In this document: positions 35,601-50,000 of the stretch, piece by piece | How positions within the stretch are numbered: position 1 is the stretch's first letter | How the letters are laid out: each line of letters opens with the position of its first letter | Source of the DNA: the human T2T-CHM13v2.0 reference genome, Homo sapiens | Assembly: GCF_009914755.1 (NCBI RefSeq) | Contig: NC_060948.1 | DNA: 64,000 nt | Reading direction: 5' to 3' (one strand) | Translations under genes and position numbers: made by a program | The notes under the pieces: generated by a model | Databases searched by the model: none | What the model saw: the letters and a program-made list of their open reading frames with translations, nothing else | What the model was told of the DNA's origin: nothing

Positions 35601-38600
35601 ATGGATTCGACTGGAATGGAATGTTCTGGAAGTGAATGGACTCCAATGGAATGGATTCGAAAGGAATGAGACCGAACGGAATGGAATCTAACGGAATGGA
35701 ATTAAATGGAAATGAATCAAATTGAATAGCACGGAATTGAATTGAATGGAATCGAATGCAATGGAATCTAATGAAACGGAAAGGAAAGGAATGGAATGGA
35801 ATGGAATGGGCTGGAATGGAATGGAATCGAAACGAATGGAATGGAATCGAACTGAAGAGACTGGAATGGAATGCACTGGAATGGAAGGGAGTGTAATGGA
35901 AGGTTCTGGAAAAAAATGGAATCGAATGGAATGGAATTGAATGGAAAGGAATAGAGTCGAATGGAATTCAATGGAATGGAATGGAATAGAGTGAAATGGA
36001 ATCGAACCACAAGGAATGGACAGGAATAGAATGGTCTCGAATTGAATGGAATCGTATGGAATGGCATCAAACGGAATGGAATGGACAGCCACGGAATGGA
36101 ATGCACTCCAATGCAATGGAGTCGAAACTAATGGACTGGAATAGAATGGCCTCGACTGGTACGGACTCCAATGGAATGGAATCGAATGGAAGGGAATTGA
36201 ACGGAATGGACTCGAAGGGAAAAGACTGCAATGGAAAGGTCTCGAATGGAATGGAAATTAATGGAATGGAATGGAATTGAATGAAATGGAGTCAAAAGGA
36301 ATGGAATCGAATGGCAAGAAATGGAATGTAATGGAATCGCAAGGAATTGATGTGAACGGAACGGAATGGAATGGAATCCAAAGGAATGGAATAGAATGGA
36401 ATGGAATCGAATGGAAAGGACTCGAATGGAAATCACTCGAATAGAATGCAATTTAATAAAATAGGATCAAATGTAATGGAATGGAATGGAAAGGAATAGA
36501 AACGAAAGGAATGGAGACAGATGGAATGGAATGGAACAGAGAGCAATGGTATAGAATGGAATGGAATCATCTGGAATGGAATTGAATGGAATGGAATAAT
36601 ATGAAATGGAATGGAATGGAATGGAATGCCCTTGAATTAAATGGACTGGAATGGAATGGACTCGAACAGAGTGGAATGGAAAGTGTTGAGATAGAATGGA
36701 ATGGACTCCTTTGGAATGGTCTAGTATGCAATGCAATCGACTGGCAGGGAATCAAAAGGAATGTAACCGAATGGATTGGACTGGAATGCAATGGACTCGA
36801 ATAGATTGGAAACGGAATGCAAAGGAATGGAATGGAATAGTATGGAATGGAATGGAAAGGAATGGAGTGGAATAGACTAGAGTGGAATGGAATGGACTCG
36901 AAAGCAATGGACTGGAATGGAAGTTTCTTGAATGGACTGGAATCAAACGGAATGGAATGCAATGCAATCAAATGTCATGGAATAAAATAGAATGCAAGAG
37001 AATCAAATGGAATTGAATCGAATGGAATCGAATGGATTGGAAAGGAATAGAATGGAATGGAATGGAATTGACTCAAATGGAATGGACTAGAATGGAATGG
37101 ATTCGAATGGAAGGCAAAGGAATGGAATCTATTGGAATGGAGTGTAATGGAATGGAATGGAAGGGATTGGAATGGACTCGAATGGAATGGACTGCAATAG
37201 AAAGGATTCGAATGGAATGAAAAAGAATTGAATGGAATAGAACAGAATGGATTCAAATCGAATGAAATGGTATGGAATAGAAAGGAATGGAATGAAATGG
37301 AATGGAAACGATTCGAATGGAATGCAATCGAATGGAATGCAATCGAATGGAATGGAATCGAACGGAATGGAATAAAATGGAAGAAAACTGGCAAGAAATG
37401 GAATCGAAATGAATGGAGTGTTATGGAACGGACTCAAAAGGAATTGAATGTAATAGAATGGAGTGGAGTGGACTCGAATATAATGGACTGGAATGGAATG
37501 AAATCACATGGAATGGGAACGAATGGAATGGAATGGAAAGGAATGGAATCGAATGGAAAGGAATCGAATGGAAGGGAATGGAATTGAATCAACAGGAATG
37601 GAAGGGAATAGAATAGACGGTAATGGAATGGACTCGAATAGAATGGACACGAATGCTCAAATTGAATGGACGCGAATGGAATGGAAACGAAAGGAACGTC
37701 ATCGAATGGAATTGAATCGATTGGAATGAAATCGCATAGAATGGAGTGGAATCAAATGGAATTGAATCGAAAGGAAAGGAAGCGAATGGACTGAAATGAA
37801 ATGGAATGGAATTGAATGGAAAGTAATGCAATGGAATAGAATGGAACGAAATTTCACGGAATGGAATCAAACTGAATGGAATCAAATCAATGGAATATAA
37901 TCAAATGGAATGGAAAGGAATTGAATGGAGTAGATTGGATTGGATGGGATTGGAATGAAATGGAATGGAAAGGACTCGAATTTCATGAAACGGAATGGAA
38001 TGAATTGGAACGGAATGGACTCGAATGGAATGGAATGTCATGGAATGGCAACAAATGGAATGGCATCAAATGGAATGGAATCGAATGCAATGGAATGCTA
38101 TGGAGTGGAATGGAATGCGTTGGAATGGAATGTCCTCTAATGGAATGGATTCGAGTGGAATGGAATCGAATATAATGGAGTCGAATGAAACGGAATTGAA
38201 AGGAATGGGATCGAATACAATGGAATATACTGGAATGTAATGTAATGAACTCGAATGTAATTGACTGGAATGGAATGTACATGAATGGAATGTAATCGAA
38301 TGGAAAGTAATCCAGTGGAATACAGTCTAATGCAATAAAATCGACTCAAATAGAATAGAATGTAATGGACTGGAGTGCAGTGCAATGGAATGGAATGGAA
38401 TGGAATGCAATGGAATGGAATGGAATGGGATGGAATGGTATGGAATGGATAGTAATGGACTGGAGTGAAATGGACTTGAAAGGAATGGACTCAAATTGAA
38501 AGGGCTCGAAAGGAATGGAGTCAAATGGAATGGTCTGGAATGGAATGAACACGAATGTAATGCAATCCAATAGAATGGAATCGAATGGCATGGAATATAA

Positions 38601-41600
38601 AGAAATGGAATCGAAGAGAATGGAAACAAATGGAATGGAATTGAATGGAATGGAATTGAATGGAATGGGAACGAATGGAGTGAAATTGTATGCAGTAGAA
38701 GGGAATAGAATGGAATGCAAGCGAAAGGAAAGGAATGGATTGGAATGGAATGGAATTCATTGGAATGGAAGGGAATGTAGTGTAATGGACAGGCCTGGAA
38801 TAAAGTGGAATGCTACGGTCTCGAATGGAATAAAAATGTATGGAATGGAATGCAATGAAACGGAATCGAATGTCATAGAATGTAATGGAATGCAAAAAAA
38901 TGGAATCCAAAATCATTGACTGGAAAGGCTGGGTGTCGAAAGGAATTGACTCCAATGGAATGGAATCGAATGGAATGGAAGTGAATAGAATCGAACTAAA
39001 TCGAATGGAATGGAATTGATAGGAACGGAATGGAAAGGAATGCAATGATTTGGCATGGAATGGAATCGAATGGCATCGAATGGAATGGAATGGAATGCAA
39101 TGGAATGGAATGTATTAGAATGTAATGAACTTTAATGGAATGTACTCGAATGGATTCGACTGGAATGGAATGTTCTGGAAGTGAATGGACTCCAATGGAA
39201 TGGATTCGAAAGGAATGGAATCTAATGGAATGGAATTAAATGGAAATGAATCAAATTGAATAGAACGGAATTGAATTGAATGGAATCGAATGCAATGGAA
39301 TCTAATGAAACGGAAAGGAAAGGAATGGAATGGATTGGAATGGAATGGGCTTGAATGGAATGGAATCGAAACGAATGGAATGGTATCGAACTGAAGAGAC
39401 TGGAATGGAATGCACTGGAATGGAAGGGAATGTAATGGAAGGTTCTCAAGAAAAATGGAATCGAAAGGAATGGAATTGAATGGAACGGAATAGAGTCGAA
39501 TGGAATTCAATGGAATGGAATGGACTAGAGTGAAATGGAATCGAACCACAAGGAATGGACAGGAATAGAATGGTCTCGAATTGAATTGAATCGTATGGAA
39601 TGGCATCAAACGGAATGGAATGGACAGCCACGGAATGGAATGCACTCGAATGCAATGGAGTCGACACTAACGGACTGGAATAGAATGGACTCGACTGGTA
39701 CGGACTCCAATGGAATGGAATCGAATGGAAGGGTATCGAACGGAATGGACTCGAAGGGAAAAGACTGCAATGGAAAGGTCTCGAATGGAATGGAAATTAA
39801 TGGAATGGAATGGAATCGAATGAAATGGAGTCAAAAGGAATGGAATCGAATGGCAAGAAATCGAATGTAATGGAATCGCAAGGAATTGAAGTGAACGGAA
39901 CGGAATGGAATGGAATCCAAAGGAATGGAATAGAATGGAATGGAATCGAATGGAAAGGACTCGAATGGAAATCACTCGAATAGAATGCAATTTAATAAAA
40001 TAGGATCAAATGTAATGGAATGGAATGGAAAGGAATCGAAACGAAAGGAATGGAGACAGATGGAATGGAATGGAACAGAGAGCAATGGTATAGAATGGAA
40101 TGGAATCATCTGGAATGGAATTGAATGGAATGGAATAATATGAAATGGAATGGAATGGAATGGAATGCCCTTGAATTAAATGGACTGGAATGGAATGGAC
40201 TCGAACAGAGTGGAATGGAAAGTGTTGAAATAGAATGGAATGGACTCGTTTGGAATGGTCTAGTATGCAATGCAATCGACTGGCAGGGAATCAAAAGGAA
40301 TGTAATCGAATGGATTGGACTGGAATGCAATGGACTCGAATATATTGGAAACGGAATGCAAAGGAATGGAATGGAATAGTATGGAATGGAATGGAAAGGA
40401 ATGGAGTGGAATAGACTAGAGTGGAATGGAATGGACTCAAAAGCAATGGACTGGAATGGAACTTTCTTGAATTGACTGGAATCAAACGGAATGCAATGCA
40501 ATGCAATCAAGTGGCATGGAATAAAATAGAATGAAAGAGAATCAAACGGAATTGAATCGAATGGAATCGAATGGATTGGAAAGGAATAGAATGGAATGGA
40601 ATGGAATTGACTCAAATGGAATGGACTAGAATGGAATGGATTCGAATGGAAGGCAAAGGAATGGAATCTATTGGAATGGACTGTAATGGAATGGAATGGA
40701 AGGGATTGGAATGGACTCGAATGGAATGGACTGCAATAGAAAGGATTCGAATGGAATGAAAAAGAATTGAATGGAATAGAACAGAATGGAATCAAATCGA
40801 ATGAAATGGAATGGAATAGAAAGGAATGGAATGAAATGGAATGGAAAGGATTCGAATGGAATGCAATCGAATGGAATGGAATCGAACGGAATGGAATAAA
40901 ATGGAAGAAAACTGGCAAGAAATGGAATCGAAATGAATGGAGTGTTATGGAACGGACTCAAAAGGAATTGAATGTAATAGAATGGAGTGGAGTGGACTCG
41001 AATATAATGGACTGGAATGGAATGAAATCACATGGAATGGGAACGAATGGAATGGAATGGAAAGGAATGGAATCGAATGGAAAGGAATCGAATGGAAGGG
41101 AATGAAATTGAATCAACAGGAATGGAAGGGAATAGAATAGACGGTAATGGAATGGACTCGAATAGAATGGACACGAATGCTCAAATTGAATGGACTCGAA
41201 TGGAATGGAAACGAAAGGAATGTCATCGAATGGAATTGAATCGATTGGAATGAAATCGCATAGAATGGAGTGGAATCAAATGGAATTGAATCGAAAGGAA
41301 AGGAAGCGAATGGACTGAAATGAAATGGAATGGAATTGAATGGAAAGTAATGCAATGGAATAGAATGGAACGAAATTTCACGGAATGGAATCAAACTGAA
41401 TGGAATCAAATCAATGGAATCAAATCAAATGGAATGGAAAGGAATTGAATGGAGTAGATTGGATTGGATGGGATTGGAATGAAATGTACTGGAAAGGACT
41501 CGAATTTCATGAAACGGAATGGAATGAATTGGAACGGAATGGACTCGAATGGAATGGAATGTCATGGAATGGCATCAAATGGAATGGCATCAAATGGAAT

Positions 41601-42720
41601 GGAATCGAATGCAATGGAATGCTATGGAATGGAATGGAATGCATTGGAATGGAATGTCCTCTAATGGAATGGATTCGAGTGGAATGGAATCGAATATAAT
41701 GGAGTCGAATGAAATGGAATTGAAAGGAATGGGATCGAATACAATGGAATATACTGGAATGTAATGTAATGAACTCGAATGTAATTGACTGGAATGGAAT
41801 GTACATGAATGGAATGTAATCGAATGGAAAGTAATCCAATGGAATAGAATCTAATGCAATAAAATCGACTCAGATAGAGTAGAATGTAATGGAATGGAGT
41901 GCAGTGCAATGGAATGGAATGGAATGGAATGCAATGGAATGGAATGGAATGGAATGGAATGGAATGGAATGGAATGGGAAGGGATGGAATGGTATGGAAT
42001 GGATAGTAATGGACTGGAGTGAAATGGACTGGAAAGGAATGGACTCAAATTGAAAGGGCTCGAAAGGAATGGAGTCAAATGGAATGGTCTGGAATGGAAT
42101 GAACACGAATGTAATGCAATCCAATAGAATGGAATCGAATGGCATGGAATATAAAGAAATGGAATCGAAGAGAATGGAAACAAATGGAATGGAATTGAAT
42201 GGAATGGAATTGAATGGAATGGGAACGAATGGAGTGAAATTGTATGCAGTAGAAGGGAATAGAATGGAATGCAAGCGAAAGGAAAGGAATGGATTGGAAT
42301 GGAATGGAATTCATTGGAATGGAAGGGAATGTAGTGTAATGGACAGGCCTGGAATAAAGTGGAATGCTACGGTCTCGAATGGAATAAAAATGTATGGAAT
42401 GGAATGCAATGAAACGGAATCGAATGTCATAGAATGTAATGGAATGCAAAAAAATGGACTCCAAAATCATTGACTGGAAAGGCTGGGTGTCGAAAGGAAT
42501 TGACTCCAATGGAATGGAATCGAATGGAATGGAAGTGAATAGAATCAAACTAAATCGAATGGAATGGAATTGATAGGAACGGAATGGAAAGGAATGCAAT
42601 GATTTGGCATGGAATGGAATCGAATGGCATCGAATGGAATGGAATGGAATGCAATGGAATGGAATGTATTAGAATGTAATGAACTTTAATGGAATGTACT
42701 CGAATGGATTCGACTGGAAT

Positions 42721-42735
42721 GGAATGTTCTGGAAG
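42721..42735. promoter_or_regulatory. Candidate heat-shock element (nGAAnnTTCnnGAAn), site B; one per full DYZ1 unit
   Basis: gGAAt gTTCt gGAAg is an exact three-box HSE consensus. Also at 32074, 35618, 39167, 46285, 49849, 53393, 56962 and 60531. Motif match only; binding cannot be shown from sequence. Confidence 0.5.
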
Positions 42736-43000
42736 TGAATGGACTCCAATGGAATGGATTCAAAAGGAATGGAATCGTACGGAATGGAATCTAATGGAAT
42801 GGAATTAAATGGAAATGAATCAAATTGAATAGCACGGAATTGAATTGAATGGAATGGAATGCAATGGAATCTAATGAAACGGAAAGGAAAGGAATGGAAT
42901 GGAATGGAATGGGCTGGAATGGAAAGGAATCGAAACGAATGGAATGGAATCGAACTGAAGAGACTGGAACGGAATGCACTGGAATGGAAGGGAGTGTAAT

Positions 43001-43015
43001 GGAAGGTTCTCGAAA
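43001..43015. promoter_or_regulatory. Candidate heat-shock element, site C; most DYZ1 units
   Basis: gGAAg gTTCt cGAAa is an exact HSE consensus. Also at 28811, 32354, 35898, 46565, 50129, 53673 and 60811; broken at 39437 and 57242. Confidence 0.5.
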
Positions 43016-44026
43016 AAAATGGAATCGAATGGAATGGAATTGAATGGAACGGAATAGAGTCGAATGGAATTGAATGGAATGGAATGGACTAGAGTGAAAT
43101 GGAATCGAACCACAAGGAATGGACAGGAATAGAATGGTCTCGAATTGAATGGAATCGTATGGAATGGCATCAAACGGAATGGAATGGACAGCCACGGAAT
43201 GGAATGCACTCGAATGCAATGGAGTCGAAACTAATGGACTGGAATAGAATGGACTCGACTGGTACGGACTCCAATGGAATGGAATCGAATGGAAGGGAAT
43301 CGATCGGAATGGACTCGAAGGGAAAAGACTGCAATGGGAAGGTCTCGAATGGAATGGAAATTAATGGAATGGAATGGAATCGAATGAAATGGAGTCAAAA
43401 GGAATGGAATCGAATGGCAAGAAATCAAATGTAATGGAATCGCCAGGAATTGATGTGAACGGAATGGAATGGAATGGTATCCAAAGGAATGGAATAGAAT
43501 GGAATGGAATCGAATGGAAAGGACTCGAATGGAAATCACTCGAATAGAATGCAATTTAATAAAATAGGATCAAATGTAATGGAATGGAATGGAAAGGAAT
43601 CGAAACGAAAGGAATGGAGACAGATGGAATGGAATGGAACAGAGAGCAATGGTATAGAATGGAATGGAATCATCTGGAATGGAATTGAATGGAATGGAAT
43701 AATATGAAATGGAATGGAATGGAATGGAATGGAATGCCCTTGAATTAAATGGACTGGAATGGAATGGACTCGAACAGAGTGGAATGGAAAGTGTTGAGAT
43801 AGAATGGAATGGACTCCTTTGGAATGGTGTAGTATGCAATGCAATCGACTGGCAGGGAATCAAAAGGAATGTAATCGAATGGATTGGACTGGAATGCAAT
43901 GGACTCGAATAGATTGGAAACGGAATGCAAAGGAATGGAATGGAATAGTATGGAATGGAATGGAAAGGAATGGAGTGGAATAGACTAGAGTGGAATGGAA
44001 TGGACTGGAAAGCAATGGACTGGAAT

Positions 44027-44041
44027 GGAACTTTCTTGAAT
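44027..44041. promoter_or_regulatory. Candidate heat-shock element, site A; every DYZ1 unit
   Basis: gGAAc tTTCt tGAAt is an exact HSE consensus. Also at 27756, 29831, 33375, 36919, 40458, 47591, 51160, 54699, 58268 and 61771. Confidence 0.5.
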
Positions 44042-47000
44042 GGACTGGAATCAAACGGAATGGAATGCAATGCAATCAAATGGCATGGAATAAAATAGAA
44101 TGAAAGAGAATCAAACGGAATTGAATCGAATGGAATCGAATGGATTGGAAAGGAATAGAATGGAATGGAATGGAATTGACTCAAATGGAATGGACTAGAA
44201 TGGAATGGATTCGAATGGAAGGCAAAGGAATGGAATCTATTGGAATGGACTGTAATGGAATGGAATGGAAGGGATTGGAATGGACTCGAATGGAATGGAC
44301 TGCAATAGAAAGGATTCGAATGGAATGAAAAAGAATTGAATGGAATAGAACAGAATGGAATCAAATCGAATGAAATGGAATGGAATAGAAAGGAATGGAA
44401 TGAAATGGAATGGAAAGGATTCGAATGGAATGCAATCGAATGGAATGGAATCGAACGGAATGGAATAAAATGGAAGAAAACTGGCAAGAAATGGAATCGA
44501 AATGAATGGAGTGTTATGGAACGGACTCAAAAGGAATTGAATGTAATAGAATGGAGTGGAGTGGACTCGAATATAATGGACTGGAATGGAATGAAATCAC
44601 ATGGAATGGGAACGAATGGAATGGAATGGAAAGGAATGGAATCGAATGGAAAGGAATCGAATGGAAGGGAATGAAATTGAATCAACAGGAATGGAAGGGA
44701 ATAGAATAGACTGTAATGGAATGGACTCGAATAGAATGGACACGAATGCTCAAATTGAATGGACTCGAATGGAATGGAAACGAAAGGAATGTCATCGAAT
44801 GGAATCGAATCGATTGGAATGAAATCGCATAGAATGGAGTGGAATCAAATGGAATTGAATCGAAAGGAAAGGAAGCGAATGGACTGAAATGAAATGGAAT
44901 GGAATTGAATGGAAAGTAATGCAATGGAATAGAATGGAACGAAATTTCACGGAATGGAATCAAACTGAATGGAATCAAATCAATGGAATCAAATCAAATG
45001 GAATGGAAAGGAATTGAATGGAGTAGATTGGATTGGATGGGATTGGAATGAAATGTACAGGAAAGGACTCGAATTTCATGAAACGGAATGGAATGAATTG
45101 GAACGGAATGGACTCGAATGGAATGGAATGTCATGGAATGGCATCAAATGGAATGGCATCAAATGGAATGGAATCGAATGCAATGGAATGCTATGGAATG
45201 GAATGGAATGCATTGGAATGGAATGTCCTCTAATGGAATGGATTCGAGTGGAATGGAATCGAATATAATGGAGTCGAATGAAATGGAATTGAAAGGAATG
45301 GGATCGAATACAATGGAATATACTGGAATGTAATGTAATGAACTCGAATGTAATTGACTGGAATGGAATGTACATGAATGGAATGTAATCGAATGGAAAG
45401 TAATCCAATGGAATAGAATCTAATGCAATAAAATCGACTCAGATAGAGTAGAATGTAATGGAATGGAGTGCAGTGCAATGGAATAGAATGGAATGGAATG
45501 CAATGGAATGGAATGGAATGGAATGGAATGGAATGGAATGGGAAGGGATGGAATGGTATGGAATGGATAGTAATGGACTGGAGTGAAATGCACTGGAAAG
45601 GAATGGACTCAAATTGAAAGGGCTCGAAAGGAATGGAGTCAAATGGAATGGTCTGGAATGGAATGAACACGAATGTAATGCAATCCAATAGAATGGAATC
45701 GAATGGCATGGAATATAAAGAAATGGAATCGAAGAGAATGGAAACAAATGGAATGGAATTGAATGGAATGGAATTGAATGGAATGGGAACGAATGGAGTG
45801 AAATTGTATGCAGTAGAAGGGAATAGAATGGAATGCAAGCGAAAGGAAAGGAATGGATTGGAATGGAATGGAATTCATTGGAATGGAAGGGAATGTAGTG
45901 TAATGGACAGGCCTGGAATAAAGTGGAATGCTACGGTCTCGAATGGAATAAAAATGTATGGAATGGAATGCAATGAAACGGAATCGAATGTCATAGAATG
46001 TAATGGAATGCAAAAAAATGGACTCCAAAATCATTGACTGGAAAGGCTGGGTGTCGAAAGGAATTGACTCCAATGGAATGGAATCGAATGGAATGGAAGT
46101 GAATAGAATCGAACTAAATCGAATGGAATGGAATTGATAGGAACGGAATGGAAAGGAATGCAATGATTTGGCATGGAATGGAATCGAATGGCATCGAATG
46201 GAATGGAATGGAATGCAATGGAATGGAATGTATTAGAATGTAATGAACTTTAATGGAATGTACTCGAATGGATTCGACTGGAATGGAATGTTCTGGAAGT
46301 GAATGGACTCCAATGGAATGGATTCAAAAGGAATGGAATCGTACGGAATGGAATCTAATGGAATGGAATTAAATGGAAATGAATCAAATTGAATAGCACG
46401 GAATTGAATTGAATGGAATGGAATGCAATGGAATCTAATGAAACGGAAAGGAAAGGAATGGAATGGAATGGAATGGGCTGGAATGGAAAGGAATCGAAAC
46501 GAATGGAATGGAATCGAACTGAAGAGACTGGAACGGAATGCACTGGAATGGAAGGGAGTGTAATGGAAGGTTCTCGAAAAAAATGGAATCGAATGGAATG
46601 GAATTGAATGGAACGGAATAGAGTCGAATGGAATTGAATGGAATGGAATGGACTAGAGTGAAATGGAATCGAACCACAAGGAATGGACAGGAATAGAATG
46701 GTCTCGAATTGAATGGAATCGTATGGAATGGCATCAAACGGAATGGAATGGACAGCCACGGAATGGAATGCACTCGAATGCAATGGAGTCGAAACTAATG
46801 GACTGGAATAGAATGGACTCGACTGGTACGGACTCCAATGGAATGGAATCGAATGGAAGGGAATCGATCGGAATGGACTCGAAGGGAAAAGACTGCAATG
46901 GGAAGGTCTCGAATGGAATGGAAATTAATGGAATGGAATGGAATCGAATGAAATGGAGTCAAAAGGAATGGAATCGAATGGCAAGAAATCAAATGTAATG

Positions 47001-50000
47001 GAATCGCCAGGAATTGATGTGAACGGAATGGAATGGAATGGTATCCAAAGGAATGGAATAGAATGGAATGGAATCGAATGGAAAGGACTCGAATGGAAAT
47101 CACTCGAATAGAATGCAATTTAATAAAATAGGATCAAATGTAATGGAATGGAATGGAAAGGAATCGAAACGAAAGGAATGGAGACAGATGGAATGGAATG
47201 GAACAGAGAGCAATGGTATAGAATGGAATGGAATCATCTGGAATGGAATTGAATGGAATGGAATAATATGAAATGGAATGGAATGGAATGGAATGGAATG
47301 CCCTTGAATTAAATGGACTGGAATGGAATGGACTCGAACAGAGTGGAATGGAAAGTGTTGAGATAGAATGGAATGGACTCCTTTGGAATGGTGTAGTATG
47401 CAATGCAATCGACTGGCAGGGAATCAAAAGGAATGTAATCGAATGGATTGGACTGGAATGCAATGGACTCGAATAGATTGGAAACGGAATGCAAAGGAAT
47501 GGAATGGAATAGTATGGAATGGAATGGAAAGGAATGGAGTGGAATAGACTAGAGTGGAATGGAATGGACTGGAAAGCAATGGACTGGAATGGAACTTTCT
47601 TGAATGGACTGGAATCAAACGGAATGGAATGCAATGCAATCAAATGGCATGGAATAAAATAGAATGAAAGAGAATCAAACGGAATTGAATCGAATGGAAT
47701 CGAATGGATTGGAAAGGAATAGAATGGAATGGAATGGAATTGACTCAAATGGAATGGACTAGAATGGAATGGATTCGAATGGAAGGCAAAGGAATGGAAT
47801 CTATTGGAATGGACTGTAATGGAATGGAATGGAAGGGATTGGAATGGACTCGAATGGAATGGACTGCAATAGAAAGGATTCGAATGGAATGAAAAAGAAT
47901 TGAATGGAATAGAACAGAATGGAATCAAATCGAATGAAATGGAATGGAATAGAAAGGAATGGAATGAAATGGAATGGAAAGGATTCGAATGGAATGCAAT
48001 CGAATGGAATGGAATCGAACGGAATGGAATAAAATGGAAGAAAACTGGCAAGAAATGGAATCGAAATGAATGGAGTGTTATGGAACGGACTCAAAAGGAA
48101 TTGAATGTAATAGAATGGAGTGGAGTGGACTCGAATATAATGGACTGGAATGGAATGAAATCACATGGAATGGGAACGAATGGAATGGAATGGAAAGGAA
48201 TGGAATCGAATGGAAAGGAATCGAATGGAAGGGAATGAAATTGAATCAACAGGAATGGAAGGGAATAGAATAGACGGTAATGGAATGGACTCGAATAGAA
48301 TGGACACGAATGCTCAAATTGAATGGACTCGAATGGAATGGAAACGAAAGGAATGTCATCGAATGGAATTGAATCGATTGGAATGAAATCGCATAGAATG
48401 GAGTGGAATCAAATGGAATTGAATCGAAAGGAAAGGAAGCGAATGGACTGAAATGAAATGGAATGGAATTGAATGGAAAGTAATGCAATGGAATAGAATG
48501 GAACGAAATTTCACGGAATGGAATCAAACTGAATGGAATCAAATCAATGGAATCAAATCAAATGGAATGGAAAGGAATTGAATGGAGTAGATTGGATTGG
48601 ATGGGATTGGAATGAAATGTACTGGAAAGGACTCGAATTTCATGAAACGGAATGGAATGAATTGGAACGGAATGGACTCGAATGGAATGGAATGTCATGG
48701 AATGGCATCAAATGGAATGGCATCAAATGGAATGGAATCGAATGCAATGGAATGCTATGGAATGGAATGGAATGCATTGGAATGGAATGTCCTCTAATGG
48801 AATGGATTCGAGTGGAATGGAATCGAATATAATGGAGTCGAATGAAATGGAATTGAAAGGAATGGGATCGAATACAATGGAATATACTGGAATGTAATGT
48901 AATGAACTCGAATGTAATTGACTGGAATGGAATGTACATGAATGGAATGTAATCGAATGGAAAGTAATCCAATGGAATAGAATCTAATGCAATAAAATCG
49001 ACTCAGATAGAGTAGAATGTAATGGAATGGAGTGCAGTGCAATGGAATAGAATGGAATGGAATGCAATGGAATGGAATGGAATGGAATGGAATGGAATGG
49101 AATGGGAAGGGATGGAATGGTATGGAATGGATAGTAATGGACTGGAGTGAAATGCACTGGAAAGGAATGGACTCAAATTGAAAGGGCTCGAAAGGAATGG
49201 AGTCAAATGGAATGGTCTGGAATGGAATGAACACGAATGTAATGCAATCCAATAGAATGGAATCGAATGGCATGGAATATAAAGAAATGGAATCGAAGAG
49301 AATGGAAACAAATGGAATGGAATTGAATGGAATGGAATTGAATGGAATGGGAACGAATGGAGTGAAATTGTATGCAGTAGAAGGGAATAGAATGGAATGC
49401 AAGCGAAAGGAAAGGAATGGATTGGAATGGAATGGAATTCATTGGAATGGAAGGGAATGTAGTGTAATGGACAGGCCTGGAATAAAGTGGAATGCTACGG
49501 TCTCGAATGGAATAAAAATGTATGGAATGGAATGCAATGAAACGGAATCGAATGTCATAGAATGTAATGGAATGCAAAAAAATGGACTCCAAAATCATTG
49601 ACTGGAAAGGCTGGGTGTCGAAAGGAATTGACTCCAATGGAATGGAATCGAATGGAATGGAAGTGAATAGAATCGAACTAAATCGAATGGAATGGAATTG
49701 ATAGGAACGGAATGGAAAGGAATGCAATGATTTGGCATGGAATGGAATCGAATGGCATCGAATGGAATGGAATGGAATGCAATGGAATGGAATGTATTAG
49801 AATGTAATGAACTTTAATGGAATGTACTCGAATGGATTCGACTGGAATGGAATGTTCTGGAAGTGAATGGACTCCAATGGAATGGATTCAAAAGGAATGG
49901 AATCGTACGGAATGGAATCTAATGGAATGGAATTAAATGGAAATGAATCAAATTGAATAGCACGGAATTGAATTGAATGGAATGGAATGCAATGGAATCT

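Noticed and set aside
41340-43990. Possible older sub-period inside the DYZ1 unit (recurring GACTCCAATGG, GAAAGTAAT(G/C)CAATGGAATAG, ACT(A/G)GAGTG)
   Set aside because: Spacings are inconsistent (about 200, 240, 485, 525 and 900 bp) and the motifs are close to the pentamer consensus. A pentamer-masked dot plot would be needed to support it.
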